Origin: Phaeosaccion multiseriatum
Lineage: Eukaryota > Protista > Ochrophyta, other classes
Assembly (NCBI GenBank): GCA_965112735.1
Contig: OZ218963.1
Coordinates: 620,001 to 684,000 of the forward strand
DNA: 64,000 nucleotides
Direction of reading: 5' to 3'
In this document: positions 21,734 through 45,432 of the stretch, in pieces
How the letters are laid out: every line of letters starts with the position of its first letter
How positions within the stretch are numbered: the stretch's first letter is position 1
The notes under the pieces: model-generated
Database searches by the model: none
What the model saw: only the letters and a program-made list of their open reading frames with translations
Told to the model about the DNA's origin: nothing
Made by a program: the position numbers and the translations under genes

Positions 21734-24700
21734 GTGTGTATTGCGGGTGTATTCATGTGCGTGTGAGTCATGTTTGACGGGAGAGAAAATGAGAGAGATG
21801 GAGGAGAAGAAAAAGAAGAAGAAGATATGTAGATATGATGACGCCTCCCTCAAAATGATGCCGTTTCTTCTTGCTCCTCTCTCTTCTCTCTCTCTCTTCT
21901 CTCCCTCCTCTCTCTCTCTCTCTCTCTCTCTCCACCTTTCCTCGTAGCCCTCCCTCCCTCGCTTCCCTCCCTCTCCCTCCGTCCCTCTCCCTCCTTGTCC
22001 CTACCTGCTATGGCTAGCTGCTCCCTGCTCCCGAGGGTGGTAGCGAAGCTCTCAAGGTAAATGGAGAGGGCGGTCTCTACAGCACCTCCGCCGGCCACGA
22101 GCACATTGTTCTCCTGTTTGTTTTGGTCATAAGTCAGTGACAGTGACAGTTACGTGATAATTACGTAAGTTAGTTACGTAATTGTCAGTGTTTGCATGAC
22201 AACGTAACGGTTATGGATCGAGGATAAGGTATGGAAGACGGTGACGGATGGTCATGGCGAAGTAAGTCAGTGATTGGCGAAGTAAGTCAGTGATTCTGAT
22301 GGTGATGACCGTAGGTGAGGGTAGACCTCGCTCACTTCCTGACTTACTGGCATAGTCACTGACTAACTGATATAGTCACTGACTTCCCCACATGCGCTTG
22401 ACCACTCACCACTTGACTTAAATGACTCACCCACCCCCTGACTTACTGACTTGGTCACTGACTTACTGACTTGGTCACTGACTTACTGACTTGGTCACTG
22501 ACTTACCAACATGCGCTTGACGACCATGAGCGAGTCGTGAAGCGAGCGATCCATCTCATCAAGCATAAAGTCGTTGGCCCCTCTTAGCACCACTGTGCAC
22601 GCCCGCTGCGTCTTGGTGCCGCTGAAGAACATTAGCTCTCCATCCCCTACACGGGTCTCCGCCACTGACTCCGCCTGTTGTTATAGGGTAGCAGTGCAGT
22701 AGCGTAGCACCAATGTGTCATGCACAACCACGCGTGTGTGTAGTAGTAGTAAGTCAATGGGTGAGTGGGTCAGGTTGGTAAGGCAATGACATCGTTGGGT
22801 GTGGGTGTGTGTGGGTAGGGTAGGGTAGAGGTGTATGGGCAGGGAAGGGTAGAGGTGTATGGGTAGGGAAGGGTAGAGGTGTATGGGCAGGGTAGGGTAG
22901 AGGTGTATGGGCACGGTAGGGTAGAGGTGTATGGGTAGGGTAGGTACGCCTCTCTCAAGGTAAGCAAGGTTCAGTCAAAGCCTGAGAAAGCAAAAGCAAC
23001 CGATGTATTCATTAGACCTTCCTTCAACCCAATAAATCGACATCGACACACAATATCGAACACAAGGAAGGTCTCCAAAACTGCACCTCTCACCTCCCCG
23101 AGGCTGGCCGGGTCGAAAGTCTCGTTCCCCTCCATGTCTGCGAGCGTCGTGACAATGGTAGCGCCTGTGCACTTGGAGATCCTGTGGGGGGGTGTGTGTG
23201 TGTGTGTGGGTGTGTGTGGGTGTGTGTGTGTGTGTGTGTGTAAGGAAGGGTTTGATAGTGGTGTTGCAAGGTTCAGTTTCCATTTCAGTTTCAATTGAGC
23301 TCTCACCCTCCCTCACTCACCCACTCACTGACTCACTCACTCACTCACCCACCCTCTCACTCACTCACTCACTCTCTCTCCCTGCCTCCCTCCCTCCCTT
23401 GCCCCTCCCCACCTCACCATGCCCTCCTTGGTGACCCTCCCCGTCCTGACACTTCACACTCACACACTGAATGACTGATTGACTGAAGGACTGATTCGAC
23501 TGACTGACTGACTGACCGACTGATTGACTGACTGACTGACTGACCGACTGACTGACTGACTGACTGACTGTTACTGACTGAATAACTGACTGACTGACTG
23601 AGTGACTGCATAACTGACTGAATAACTGACTGACTGACTGACTGACTGACTGACTGACTGACTGACTGACTTATTACCAACCTGCGCATGTCCTCCTTGG
23701 TGACCCTCCTCACGGCGATGCACCCTGCCTCTACAAAATACTTGAGACACAAATCGTCGATACCTGTTGGTCATATACACATGTTGGTAATACACACATC
23801 AGGGGGGAGGCGAGGGAGGGAGGGAGGGAGAGAGGGAGGGAGAGAGGGAGAGAGGGAGAGAGGGAGAGAAGGAGGGAGGGAGGGAGGGAGAGAGGGAGGG
23901 AGGGAGGGAGGGAGGGAGAGAGGGAGAGAGGGAGAGAGGGAGAGAAGGAGGGAGGGAGGGAGGGAGGGAGAGAGGGAGGGAGGGGGGGAGAGATACATCA
24001 ACATCGACCCATGTGCATCACATCGATTTTCAACATGGATAGGCTCCAGAGCTAAAACACGAACGAAACACTCGTGGCAACGCCGCTTACAAAGCTTGTC
24101 GCTCGCAAACTCAAACGTACCCTTGGTGGTGAGAATAACATTGGCACCCGCACTCAGCAGCTTCTCGATGCGCTCCTAATGACATAGGATGGATGGCAGT
24201 GGATGGCAGTGGATGGCAGGTCAATGTGGAGGTATATGGGATGGCAAGGGGTAGGACGAGATTCAAGACATGTCGTGCAAGGCTCTATGTAGAGGTGCTT
24301 CACCTCCTCCTTCTCCCCCTCCCCCTCCTCCTTCTCCCCCGCCCCTCCTCCTTCCCGCCCCTCCTCCTCCTCCTCCCCTTGCTCTTCCTCCTCCTCCCCT
24401 TCCTCTTCCTCCTCCTCCTGATCCTCCTCCTCCTCCTCCTCCTCCTTGTATCACCAACTTCTCACCTTTGTGATGTCCATCTCTCTCTGTCGAATCTTGT
24501 CCACCTCGCGCATGTCGCTCACCACCACCTGCAGTAGTTTGCAGTTTCAGTTCATCAGCCCCGTACGTGACCTTATATAAGGGTCCAGTGTCCAATTTCA
24601 CACTATATAGCGCAGCCACTCACGGACAATGCCTGCACATTGCGCCACTAAACTGAAACTGAAACCCCACCCATGGACTCTCTTTCTTCCCTCCCCACCC

Positions 24701-27588
24701 TCCCCACCCTCCCCACCCACGCACGCACGCACGCACGCACCTGCACCCCCATTTGCATCCTGTGCTTCTGCAGGCCAAAGTCGAGGCAAGCAATCTTGGC
24801 CCCAGTGACCCGAGTGGGCATGCCCTGGGCCGCCCTGGTGCAGTTGACAGCGTAGCCGTGCACAAGCTCTGAGTCCAACAGGGACATTCCGTGGCACTTG
24901 AGGATGTGAATCGCACTCACAGGGTACCTGGGGGAGGGGGGGGGGGGGCAGCGGTTTGTTTGTTTCTAAACGGTTTGTTTGTGTACGGTTTGATCCCCCA
25001 CACACAACAGGCCGAGAATACTCCCTTGCTTCACTTCTTCTGCCTTTCCCCTCTCCTCCTCCTCCTCCTCCTCCTCCTCCTCCTCCTCCTCCCCCTCTTC
25101 CTCCTCCTCCTCCCCTCCTCCTCCCTCTCCTTCTCCCCCCCCTTCTCCTCTTCCCCCCCCCCCCCCTCCACCCTCGTCCCCCCTCCACTTACTTGGCCGT
25201 GGTCTTGCCCCCCTCCCCCTCCTGCTCCATCTTGACACTCGTGACAGCCTCAACGGCCATTTCGGCGAAGAAACTTGACTCAGGCCCAAGGATCTTGCTG
25301 CTCATACTCGTCTGAAGGGGGGTTAACGTGGGATTAACGTGGAGTTAACGTAGGGGGGGAGGGGGGGGGATTCACGGTAACGTTTCAGGCAAAGGGCCTG
25401 AAATGAAGGTTCTTCTCTGCCCCCCCTCCCTCTCCCCCTCCCCCCTCCCCCTCCCTCCCTCTCCCCCTGCTTCCTCGCTGCCTCCCCCTTACCTTGGCGG
25501 CATTGATGAGATTGACTCTCCCCAAAGTGTCCACAGGCACCACAAGGTTACCTTTAATGTACTTGACAGCTTCCTTCAAGGCCAAGCGGTAACTGGTGTC
25601 AAGGAAGGGGGGGGGGGGGGGGGGGGGAGGGGAGGGGAGGGGGAGAGGGAGGGAGGGGGGAGGGGAGAGGGCGGAGGGATCGTCAGAGACGGAGGAGGGG
25701 GCCAAGAGAATGGACCGGAGTGAAATTGAACCAACCAACCACCCAAACCAATTGAACCAACCAACCAACCAGCAAGTACTTCACCAACCAAGTCTCTCTC
25801 CCAACCTAACCAAACGTCTCTTTCTCTCTCTCCCTCTCTCTCTCTCTCAACGTACCCGGCCATAACACTGGTGGGGTGAATATTGTTCTTTACAAGCTCA
25901 TTGGCCCTCTTGAGGAGCTCAGCAGCGATGATGACCACGGAAGTTGTACCGTCCCCTACCTCTTGATCCTGCAGGTCTGCAAGCTCCACGAGGACCTGGT
26001 GTCAGAACAGTAGGGGGGGGGGGAGGGGGAGGGGAGGGAAGGAGAGAGAGAGGAGGAAACAGGGAGGGAGAGAGAGGGAGACAGAGAGAGAAAGAGAGAA
26101 GAGAGGGAGAGAGAGTGAGGGAGGGACAGAGGGAGAGAGACGGAGGGACAGGGAGGGAGGGAGGAAAGTGGCAGAGAGAGAAAGGAGCAGAGAGGAAATA
26201 GAGGAGGGGACCGGTGAGGGAAGGGGAGTCACCGGTGAGGAGACACCGTTCACCTTCCACGCCCGCTTTCATCCCTCCGAGCTGCTGTCATGGATTCTCT
26301 TCCGAGCGCGCGCTTCCCCCCCTTCGCCCTCCACTCCGCCCTCCCCTACTCCCTCCCTCCCTCCCTCCCTCCTTCCTTCCTTCCCTTCCTCCCTCTCTCC
26401 CTCCCTCTCTCCCTCCCTCCCTCGCTCCTTCCCTCCCTCCCTCCCTCCCTCCTTCCTTCCCTCCCTCTCTCCCTCCTTCCTTCCCTCCCTCCTTCCCTCC
26501 TTCCCTCCCTCTCTCCCTCCTTCCCTCCCTCCTTCCTTCCCTCCTTCCCTCCCTCTCTCCCTCCTTCCTTCCCTCCCTCCTTCCCTCCCTCCCTCCCTCC
26601 CCCCCTCTCTCCCTCCTTCCTTCCCTCCTTCCTTCCCTCCCTCCTTCCTTCCTGACCTTGGCTGCGGGGTGCTCTACGTCAAGCTGCTTGAGAATGGTGG
26701 CTCCGTCGTTGGTGATAGTCACATCGCCCACCTCATCTACCAGCATCTGTTCGCTCAACCGCCATCAACCAAGCAAGCAAGTAAGCAAGTTAGCGAGTAA
26801 GCATGTTGTACCAGCGATATGAGATCGATATCTAGTGTCGACATCGAAAAAAAATAAAGAAAGCAAGCAAACAAAGAAGCAAAGTGAAGTGTGAGCAAAG
26901 GGGGTGGGGTACGCAGCAGCCAAAAGAAAGGCCAACAACAACAGAGACTTGAGAGAGAGTGAGGGGAGAAGGAGGGGAGGGAGGGACAGAGAGTGAGAGA
27001 GAGTGCGGACGGAGCTGAATATATATATATGGCACATGTGGAGGGGGGGGGAAGGGAGGCAAGAGAAGGCAACACACTTTCCCGACTTTTTCAGTGTGCC
27101 ACTCAGAGAGCCGATCCTGCACACCCCCCCCCCGCCCGTTGAATACGGCCTGGGCTTCTTCGCAAGGCTCTCTCTCCTCTCGACGCGACGCGTCTTACCT
27201 TATCCAGACCAACCGGCCCCAGCGATGATTTGACTATGTTGGCAATAGCCATGGCCGCTGTCACATTGGCCGTCCTCACCTCCTGTATAGCAGCAGTAGC
27301 AGCAGAAGCACAGGAGAGCGAGACAGGAGAGAGCGAGAGCAGCGCAGCGCACAGACAGCAAGTAAAGGACCATCCAGCCGGGGGGGAGATAGACGCACGG
27401 CATTCAAAAGGACGGATTTAGTAGGAGGGGGGGGGGGGGGGATTGCTCCATCAGTGCCTCCTGGAAGGAATTGCACAAACGACCCACAGCGAACAAATTC
27501 CTGGGCCGCGCCAAGCCCCCCCCCCCCCACCGTGACTGACCTGGCCTGACGTCCTCTCCCCATCTATCATAAGACCGGTTGCCGACAT
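20570..27588 (-). CDS. TCP1: T-complex protein 1 subunit alpha (CCT1), 16 exons, approximately: 27588-27541, 27282-27199, 26746-26657, 25995-25855, 25593-25493, 25311-25193, 24927-24741, 24528-24466, 24176-24120, 23763-23682, 23181-23094, 22675-22508, 22113-22005, 21679-21567, 21076-20914, 20652-20570
   Basis: [110 protein letters not shown] and [14 protein letters not shown] are characteristic of CCT-alpha. Confidence 0.97.
22813..22942 (+). repeat. 24-bp G-rich minisatellite (GGGTAGAGGTGTATGGGCAGGGAA-like), about 5 copies
   Basis: Direct inspection. The units contain GGG tracts. Confidence 0.85.
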
Positions 27589-28400
27589 GGCTATCGTTCC
27601 CCTCCCCCGCACGCTAGTTCACGGACTGCTTGTAGCTTGTAATGGCTTCAGTCTCGATAAGCTCTTGTCCCCTTCTCCCTTTTCCAACCAATCACTCTCC
27701 TCTTCCTCCTCCCCCGATGACGCTCACTGCAGAATTCTCGAGGGAATGAAGGCAGTGGCTCGTTACAACTTAAGACTAACAGCTCCCACTCTCTGAATAA
27801 AGTCCCTTTTCTCTTGTCTCTTGTCTCAATGGATCAGACAGAGGCCGATCGCTCACCGGTAGATGCACGGGACCGTGCGACGCACATTTTCGATGACTTA
27901 TAACGATTTGGGCCAAGCCAAGAAGCGCAAAGTTGGCGTTTCGCGACCACACCACATCATTATCACTGCCCGCCGTACATGCGGAGAGCTGTCTCGCATA
28001 TTTCTCCACCCCTAAGACGACGCTGGTGGAAGGGAGTGGTAGTGTGTGCTTCTTGCAAGTAGCTAAGCAATAGGCTAGGTGTCGCTTCGCCAGTCGGCGC
28101 GGGACAGGTGAGGAAAGAGAACAGCAACAGAGTTGGTTTCCTCGGGCTCTTTGCCGGCCTCTCGCGAAGTGTGGTGTGCTCCGCCTCTGCCTCCACCAAG
28201 AGGCCCCAGGCGTACACCAGCGGCACCATCAGCGCCCCTTCCTATGTCCAAGCCTTGGATGGCACGAGGGCACTGCAAATTCATTCTTCATCTCCCATCT
28301 CCTTGAGTACAGCAAACGAGGGCAGAGCACAGCAGCAGCAGCAGCAGCAGTAGGGCAAGGGGCCAGCAGCAGCGGCAATCGCTTCTAATAGAGACACACC
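27589..28400. promoter_or_regulatory. Probable bidirectional promoter/5'UTR region between CCT1 (-) and the EF-hand gene (+)
   Basis: Divergent arrangement, about 810 bp, largely repeat-free. Positional inference only. Confidence 0.35.
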
Positions 28401-38772
<10,372 letters not shown>

Positions 38773-38812
38773 CTAGTAGGAGAGAGGGGAGGGAGGGAGG
38801 GATGGAGGAAGG

Positions 38813-38859
<47 letters not shown>

Positions 38860-39105
38860 GCTGTGATAGGAATGTTTCAGCTGTAGAAACGACATGACTG
38901 ACGTTTCAAAGGAAGCGGGGCGGTGACCGGTTGGTTGGACGGTTGGGGGTGAAGCAGAGCTTTGCTACATTGTATTGGAAGCGGAGGAGAGAGAACGAGA
39001 GAGACTGGAGCAGAGTTCGACAGGCTGGCTGACGGTGTGTCTGCTTGCTGCGAGCAGGCAAACCCACCCTCCTTCGTGAGGGGCTTCATGGATGTGCGGC
39101 TCAGC

Positions 39106-39165
<60 letters not shown>

Positions 39166-39168
39166 TGA

Positions 39169-39205
<37 letters not shown>

Positions 39206-39607
39206 TGTGTTTCGTGCCGTCGGATCACGACGCAACGGAATCCGAAACAAGGGCTCTACCGAAATGGCAATGTGCTATTTGTCTGTCCATCTCCCTTTCT
39301 TTTGCCAAGTGTCTGCTGTACAAGATGAATGCAAGAGGAGAGAGACTAGAGAGTGTTTAGTCAGAGATGGATGGCTGTGAGAGCTCCGAGAGCGAGGCGG
39401 AAGGGAGGAGTACACACGTACATAAGATGATATAAGATAAAGAAGGAAGGGGGGAAAGGAAGGGGGAAGTTGCAGTTTATGTTTTAAAACAATATCGAAC
39501 ACCATAAATGGAATCGATACCGAGTCGAGTATAGGAAGACATTTGCCTAAAAGTAACGGAAATGCCCCCTTCCCCTTTCCAGGGCTCTCCCTCTCTGATC
39601 GAGCAAG

Positions 39608-40268
39608 ATGGAAGAGAAGATGAGGGAAGAGGGAGATGAAGAGCTCCAGAAGAGAGAGCTTTCGGAGGAGATGAAGGAGCAAGCACGAGAGGTTTTCGTT
39701 TCCGTAGGTTAGTTGGTCCTGCAATGTCTGTCCTTCCTCCTTCCTCTTCTAATGAGAGAGAGCTGCTCCGTCTGTTGATCGCCTGTTTGTTTGTACCGTC
39801 CGCGCAGATGAAGAAGGAAGTGGCCAGATCCACACCACCGCGCTCCGCCCGGCCTTTTCCAGCCTCGGCATGGACTTGGACGACAACCTGTACCACCGTT
39901 TTGTTGAGACCAATCTGCCGGACGTCATTCTCACCACAGAGGGTAGTGGAGGAGAAGAAGATGGTGGGCAAGGAGGGCCGCGGGAGGGATGCCTAACCCT
40001 CGAGGGCTTTCTCCGTCTTTATAGAATGGTGGCTGCGCCGACATATACGTACGGACCGCACCTTCGCAAGGCGGCGGGGAGGGGAGACGAAGGGCGAGGT
40101 GGGTGGTATATATGAATGGGAGGGAGCAGCGCAACATGAGCCGCCGAGGAAGACCTCTCGTTTCTTCTTTTGCAATTGTTTTGTATTGCTGTGTATTATG
40201 TCCGGTCTTTCCTTTGCTCAGGCGGTACTGTCAAGCTCCCCCCCCCCCCTCATCCGCTTCCTGCCTGC

Positions 40269-40310
<42 letters not shown>

Positions 40311-42389
40311 CCGATGCCCCCCTCTTCTCCTCCTCCTCCTCCTCCTCCTCCTCCTCCTCCTCCTCCTCCTCCTCCTCCTCCTCCTCTGGTATCACCAACT
40401 GCTGGACCACCAACTGCTGCAGTGCGCGAGCTCCTTGCCCGTGGCTGCAACCCCAACTGCGGCGATGGGTCAGGAATGACAGGTTGGTCATCTGAATTAG
40501 CAATTTGTTGCACCCCAATACAAGCTCAGGCAGCCTTCACCCCCCCCTCCACCCCCCTCTCCTCGAAGGCTTCATTCATGTCGACATTGGACTGGACTTG
40601 CTCAGTGTGCGACGGTTTGTTCTCTCTTTCTCTCATGCTCTTTCTCTTTCTCCATCTTTTTTTCATTTCGACTCTCGCCCTCCCCCCCTCCCTTCTCTAT
40701 TTCTCTCCCTCCCTCCCCTCCCTCCCTCCCCTCCCTCCCTCCCTCCCTGCCTCCCTCCCTGCCTCCCTCCCCCTCTCCCTCCCTCCCTCCCTCCCTCCCT
40801 CCCTCCCTCCCTCCCTCCCTCCCTCCCTCCCTCCCTCCCTCCCTCCCTCCCTCCCTCCCTCCCTCCCTCCCTCTCTCCCTCTCTCCCTCCCTCCCTCCCT
40901 CCTTATGCCGCAGTGCTCCACGTCATGTCTTCGTATGGACGCACAGACATGGCGAAACTCTATCTCACGCTCGTAGGGAAGACGCTCATGCTTGATGTCC
41001 AGAACAACGACGGCTGGACACCGGTGAGAGAGGGAGGGAGGGAGAAGGGGGGTGTGAGTGAGTGAGTGAGTGAGTGAGTGAGTGAGTGAGTGAGTGAGTG
41101 AGTGAGTGAGTGAGTGAGTGAGTGAGTGAGTGAGTGGGTGAGTGAGTGAGTGAGTGAGTGAGTGAGTGCATGAGTGAGTGAGTGCATGAGTGAGTGAGTG
41201 AGTGAGTGAGTGCGTGAGTGAGTGAGTGAGTGGGTGAGTGAGCGCGTGAGTGAGTGAGTGCATGAGTGAGTGAGTGAATGAGTGAGTGAGTGAATGAGTG
41301 AGTGAGTGAATGAGTGAATGAGTGAGTAAGGGAGTAAGTGAAGAGCTCACGAAGTGGTCGTTCAGTGGCGTATTGTGAAGCTACACATTGGGCTCCATCA
41401 GTAGGCCTCACTCCCTCCTCCTGTATCACCAACTGCTGAAGCTCATGGTGAGCGCTTCGAATGGGCACACGGTTTTTATGCGATGGCTGCTTGATGTGGG
41501 TGCGAGTCCGCATGAAAAGACGGACGTCGGACGCACGGCCCTACACTGTGCTGCAGGTGAGAGTGAGTGAGTGAGTGAGTGAGTGAGTGAGAGTGAGTGA
41601 GTGGGTAAGTAAGTGAGTGAGTAAGGGAGTGAGTGAGTGAGTGAGTGAGTGAGTGAGTGAGTGAGGATAACTGAGTGAGTGAGTGAGTGAGTGAGTGAGT
41701 GAGTGAGTGAGTGAGTGAGTGAGTGAGTGAGTGGGTGAGTGAACAAGCGAGTAGGTGTGTGAGTCAGTGAGTGAGTCAGTGAGTCAGTGAGTGAGTAAGT
41801 GAGTAGTGAGTGAGTGAGTAAGTGAGTAAGTGAGTAAGTGAGTAAGTGAGTGAGTGAGTGAGTGAGTGAGCGAGTGAGTGAGTGGGTGAGTGAGTGAGTG
41901 AGTAGTGAGTGAGTGAGTAGTGAGTGAGTGAGTAAGTGAGTGAGTAAGTGAGTGAGTGAGTGGGTGAAGTGAGTGAGTGGGTAAGTGAGGGAGTAAGTGA
42001 GTGAGTGAGTGAGTGAGCGGGTGGGTGAGTTAGCGCGTGGGTGAGTGAGTGAGTGAGTGAGTGAGTGAGTGAGTGAGTGAGTGAGTGAGTGAGTGAGTGA
42101 GTGAGTGAGTGAGTGAGTGAGTGAGTGAGTGAGTGAGTGGGTGAGTGGGTGGGTGACTGACTGAGTGAGTGAGTGAGTGAGTCAGTGAGTGAGTGAGTGA
42201 GTCAGTGAGTAAGTGAGTGAGTCGGTGAGTGAGTGAGTGAGTGAGTGCGTGGGTGGGCTAAGCAGGCTCTCATTTAATACAAACCATTGATCCTCTAACA
42301 ATTCCCCCTTTGTTGTCATACCTTGGACTCTCTCTTTCTCTGTCCCTCTCTCTCTCTCTCTCTCTCTTCCTCTCTCTCTCTCTCTCTCC

Positions 42390-42462
<73 letters not shown>

Positions 42463-43101
42463 CCTCTCTCTCTCTCCCTCTCCCTCTCTCTCCCTCTCTC
42501 TCTCATCTACCTCTCTCTCCCACTTCTCTCCCTCTCCCTCTATGTGTGTTGTGGTCACATGATGGGCAGGGAAGGGGCGGGACAACGCCCTTCGCACGCT
42601 GCTAGGGAAGAACGTTGAGGTGAGTAAGATAGATGCATTGATAGGCAGAGGTGTGTCACACCATCAGTTACGTGCAGCATGATACATACATAAGTAAGTG
42701 AACGATGTATGCACATGAGATCCCTTTTACCTTACTCTTACATGTTACGTAATGCAACATAACAACATGTCATATTACGTAATGCAACATAACAACATGT
42801 CATGTTACGTAATGCAACATAACAACATGTCATGTTACGTAATGCAACTTAAACAACATGTCATGTTACGTAACGCAACATAACAACATATCAGGTGAAT
42901 GGAAGAGACCGTATGGGCTACACGGCCCTGCACCTCGCTGTACTGCACGGTCATCAAACTGCCATTCGAATTCTCCTCGACGGAGGAGCAGATGCCCGCT
43001 TAGAAGACATTCTGGGCTACCCAGCGAGCCACTACTGCGAGGCTAGACTATGGCAGAAGATTATGGACGACAGCGGAGGGGGAGGGGGAGGAGGAGGATG
43101 A
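39608..43101 (+). CDS. EF-hand plus ankyrin-repeat protein. Exons approximately 39608-39707, 39808-40098, 40423-40481, 40914-41023, 41442-41556, 42569-42619, 42895-43101
   Basis: Degenerate EF-hand AREVFVSVDEEGSGQIHTTALRPAFSSLG. Ankyrin repeats GMTVLHVMSSYGRTD, DGWTPLMVSASNGH, GRTALHCAAGKG and GYTALHLAVLHGHQTAIRILLDGGAD. Confidence 0.88.
41053..42247 (+). repeat. Two (GAGT)n arrays flanking the ankyrin exon at 41442-41556
   Basis: Direct inspection. Confidence 0.95.
42739..42890 (+). repeat. 30-bp minisatellite CATGTTACGTAATGCAACATAACAACATGT, 5 copies, ending at a splice acceptor
   Basis: Direct inspection. Each unit contains the palindrome TTACGTAA. Confidence 0.92.
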
Positions 43102-44040
43102 GGAGGGGGAGGAGGAGGAGGAGGAGAAGGAGGAGGAGGAGGAGGAGGAGGAGGAGGGGAGGGACAGGGAGGTGAAGGAGGGGGTAGCAGGAGAGAGAGC
43201 GAGAGAAGGCCGAAGGGACGAAGGGACGAAGGCCGGCGTAGTCCTTTGGCCTCCTCACTTCCCTGCAGGTAGCTTTGTCCACCAGTAACTCTTGCCGTTT
43301 CACGGTTACATCTATGGAGGAGGACGGACCACTGTACGGGGTAGGCAAGGTAGGCACACTGACCTCGTGCTGCCTAATGCAGCAGCAGACAGAGCTGTGC
43401 TGGGTCCTCTTGAGGCTTGAGGCCCCCGCTGCCGCTAGCCCCACCACGTCCTACACCTCCGACAGGGCTATTGCTCATCATCATCGTCATCCGATCGGCC
43501 CTCATGACTGGGACGCTGCGGCTGCTTCTGAACCAGAGTGTTGATATATATATTACACCCTTAAGTGCCATCTATGGTTGTCTAAAAGTAATGTCTCACC
43601 GCCCCGGGGAACTTAGAACCAGGGTGTCTGAACCAGAGTGTCTTACCTCTTTAAAGACTGTCGAGTAGTTATGTATGATAATGAAGAGAAAAAAAAGGGA
43701 AGGAGAGAGGGGGAGAGTTATATATATTACACCCTTAAGTGCCATCTATGGTTGTCTAAAAGTAATGTCTCACCATAATGAGAGAGGGGGAGAGGGAGAC
43801 ATATATTGACTTAAGAGGAATCACCTGAGAAACTGAAGAGAAACTGAGAGGGAGAACTCTATTGACTTAATAGGAATCACCTAAGAAACTGAAAGTGTGA
43901 AAGTGTGTGTGTGTGTGTGTGGAGAAACTGAGAGGGAGAGAGTTTGGAAAATGGCCATTTGTGAACCCCCACGTTGGTAATCCAGAAACGACGTCGCTTC
44001 AAAGTGGGGCGGTTCTATACGAACCTCTCCTGTGGGACGA

Positions 44041-44697
44041 ATGTCGTCCAATGGTTTCGGATTCGACACCATGTTAAGCTTTGTGGGTATCGCTTCCTCT
44101 GAAGGGGCAACCGCTGATGAGGGGGTGGTCCCGGTAAGTGCTTTTAGGACTTCTCTTCCTCCTGTTTTTTTGCGGATTTACCCCAGATTTACCCCAGCTG
44201 CAGGCAGCCTGACTCGTGTAATCTCCTCCCTCCCCTCCTCGCCCGCTCTCGCTGCGCTCTCTTCTCTTATAGACTGGTCCCCAGGATGCACAGGAGGGTG
44301 CACAAAGAAGGCGCCCCTCGCCGTCCCATTCTTCATCTTGCCTCTCGTCTTCATCACCATCCGTAGAAGGGCGCTCTTCCGAAGACTTCACAGCGAGAGA
44401 CAGGACGGCAGCCGAGGGTGGGAAGCACCCGAACAATTCCCAGCTCAGCGAAGGGGGGCTCTCTTCCGGGCAGACGGACGGCACTCAGGTGCGACTTGTA
44501 GTCCTATACTCGAGTGTCTCTCTCTCTCTCCCTCTCTCTCGCTCTCTCCCCGCCTCTCTCTTTCCCTCTCTCTCTGTATCTCTCCCTCTCTCTCTTTCCC
44601 TCCTTCCCTCTCTCTGTCTTCGTCCCTCTCCCTCTCTTTCCCTCTCTCCCTCGCTGTCTCCCTCCCTCTACGTCTCCCGCTCTCTTCCTCCCTCTTC

Positions 44698-44787
<90 letters not shown>

Positions 44788-45388
44788 CTCTCGCTCTCTC
44801 CCCGCCTCTCTCTTTCCCTCTCTCTCTTTCCCTCTCTCTCTGTATCTCTCCCTCTCTCTCTTTCCCTCCTTCCCTCTCTCTGTCTTCGTCCCTCTCCCTC
44901 TCTTTCCCTCTCTCCCTCGCTGTCTCCCTCCCTCTACGTCTCCCGCTCTCTTCCTCCCTCTTCCTCCATCTCTCTCTCTTTTCCCCTGTCCCTTGCCCTC
45001 CCTTTCTCTACCTCTCCCTCTCTCTTTTCTGTCTCTCTCTCACTCTCTCTGCATGCACCTCTCTCTTCTCATGGGGTGTAATATACTTCTTAGTATGTAT
45101 ACATACCTTTATAATAGAAGTATATAGTACGTATAGTGTAAGAAGGAGATAGTCCTTCTAAACAAACACATCCGACTGCTCTTCCCTTCCCCCTTCACTC
45201 AGTACCTCCCTGCACGGGGGGAGGTGACGTCATCATCATCACTGAATTTTAATATCAGTGCCATACATCCACTGGCATCATTACCATCCACTGCCGTCCC
45301 GTTGATGGGGGGGCACAAGCTGAGGGGGGGCAATCGCAGCAACAGTAGTAGCAACAGCAACAGCAGGGGCAGCAACAGCGGCAGCAGC

Positions 45389-45432
<44 letters not shown>

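Noticed and set aside
26708-26717. Motif-like GTTGGTGATA in a CCT1 exon
   Set aside because: It encodes the universally conserved TITNDG chaperonin motif, so it is explained by protein constraint and was not counted.
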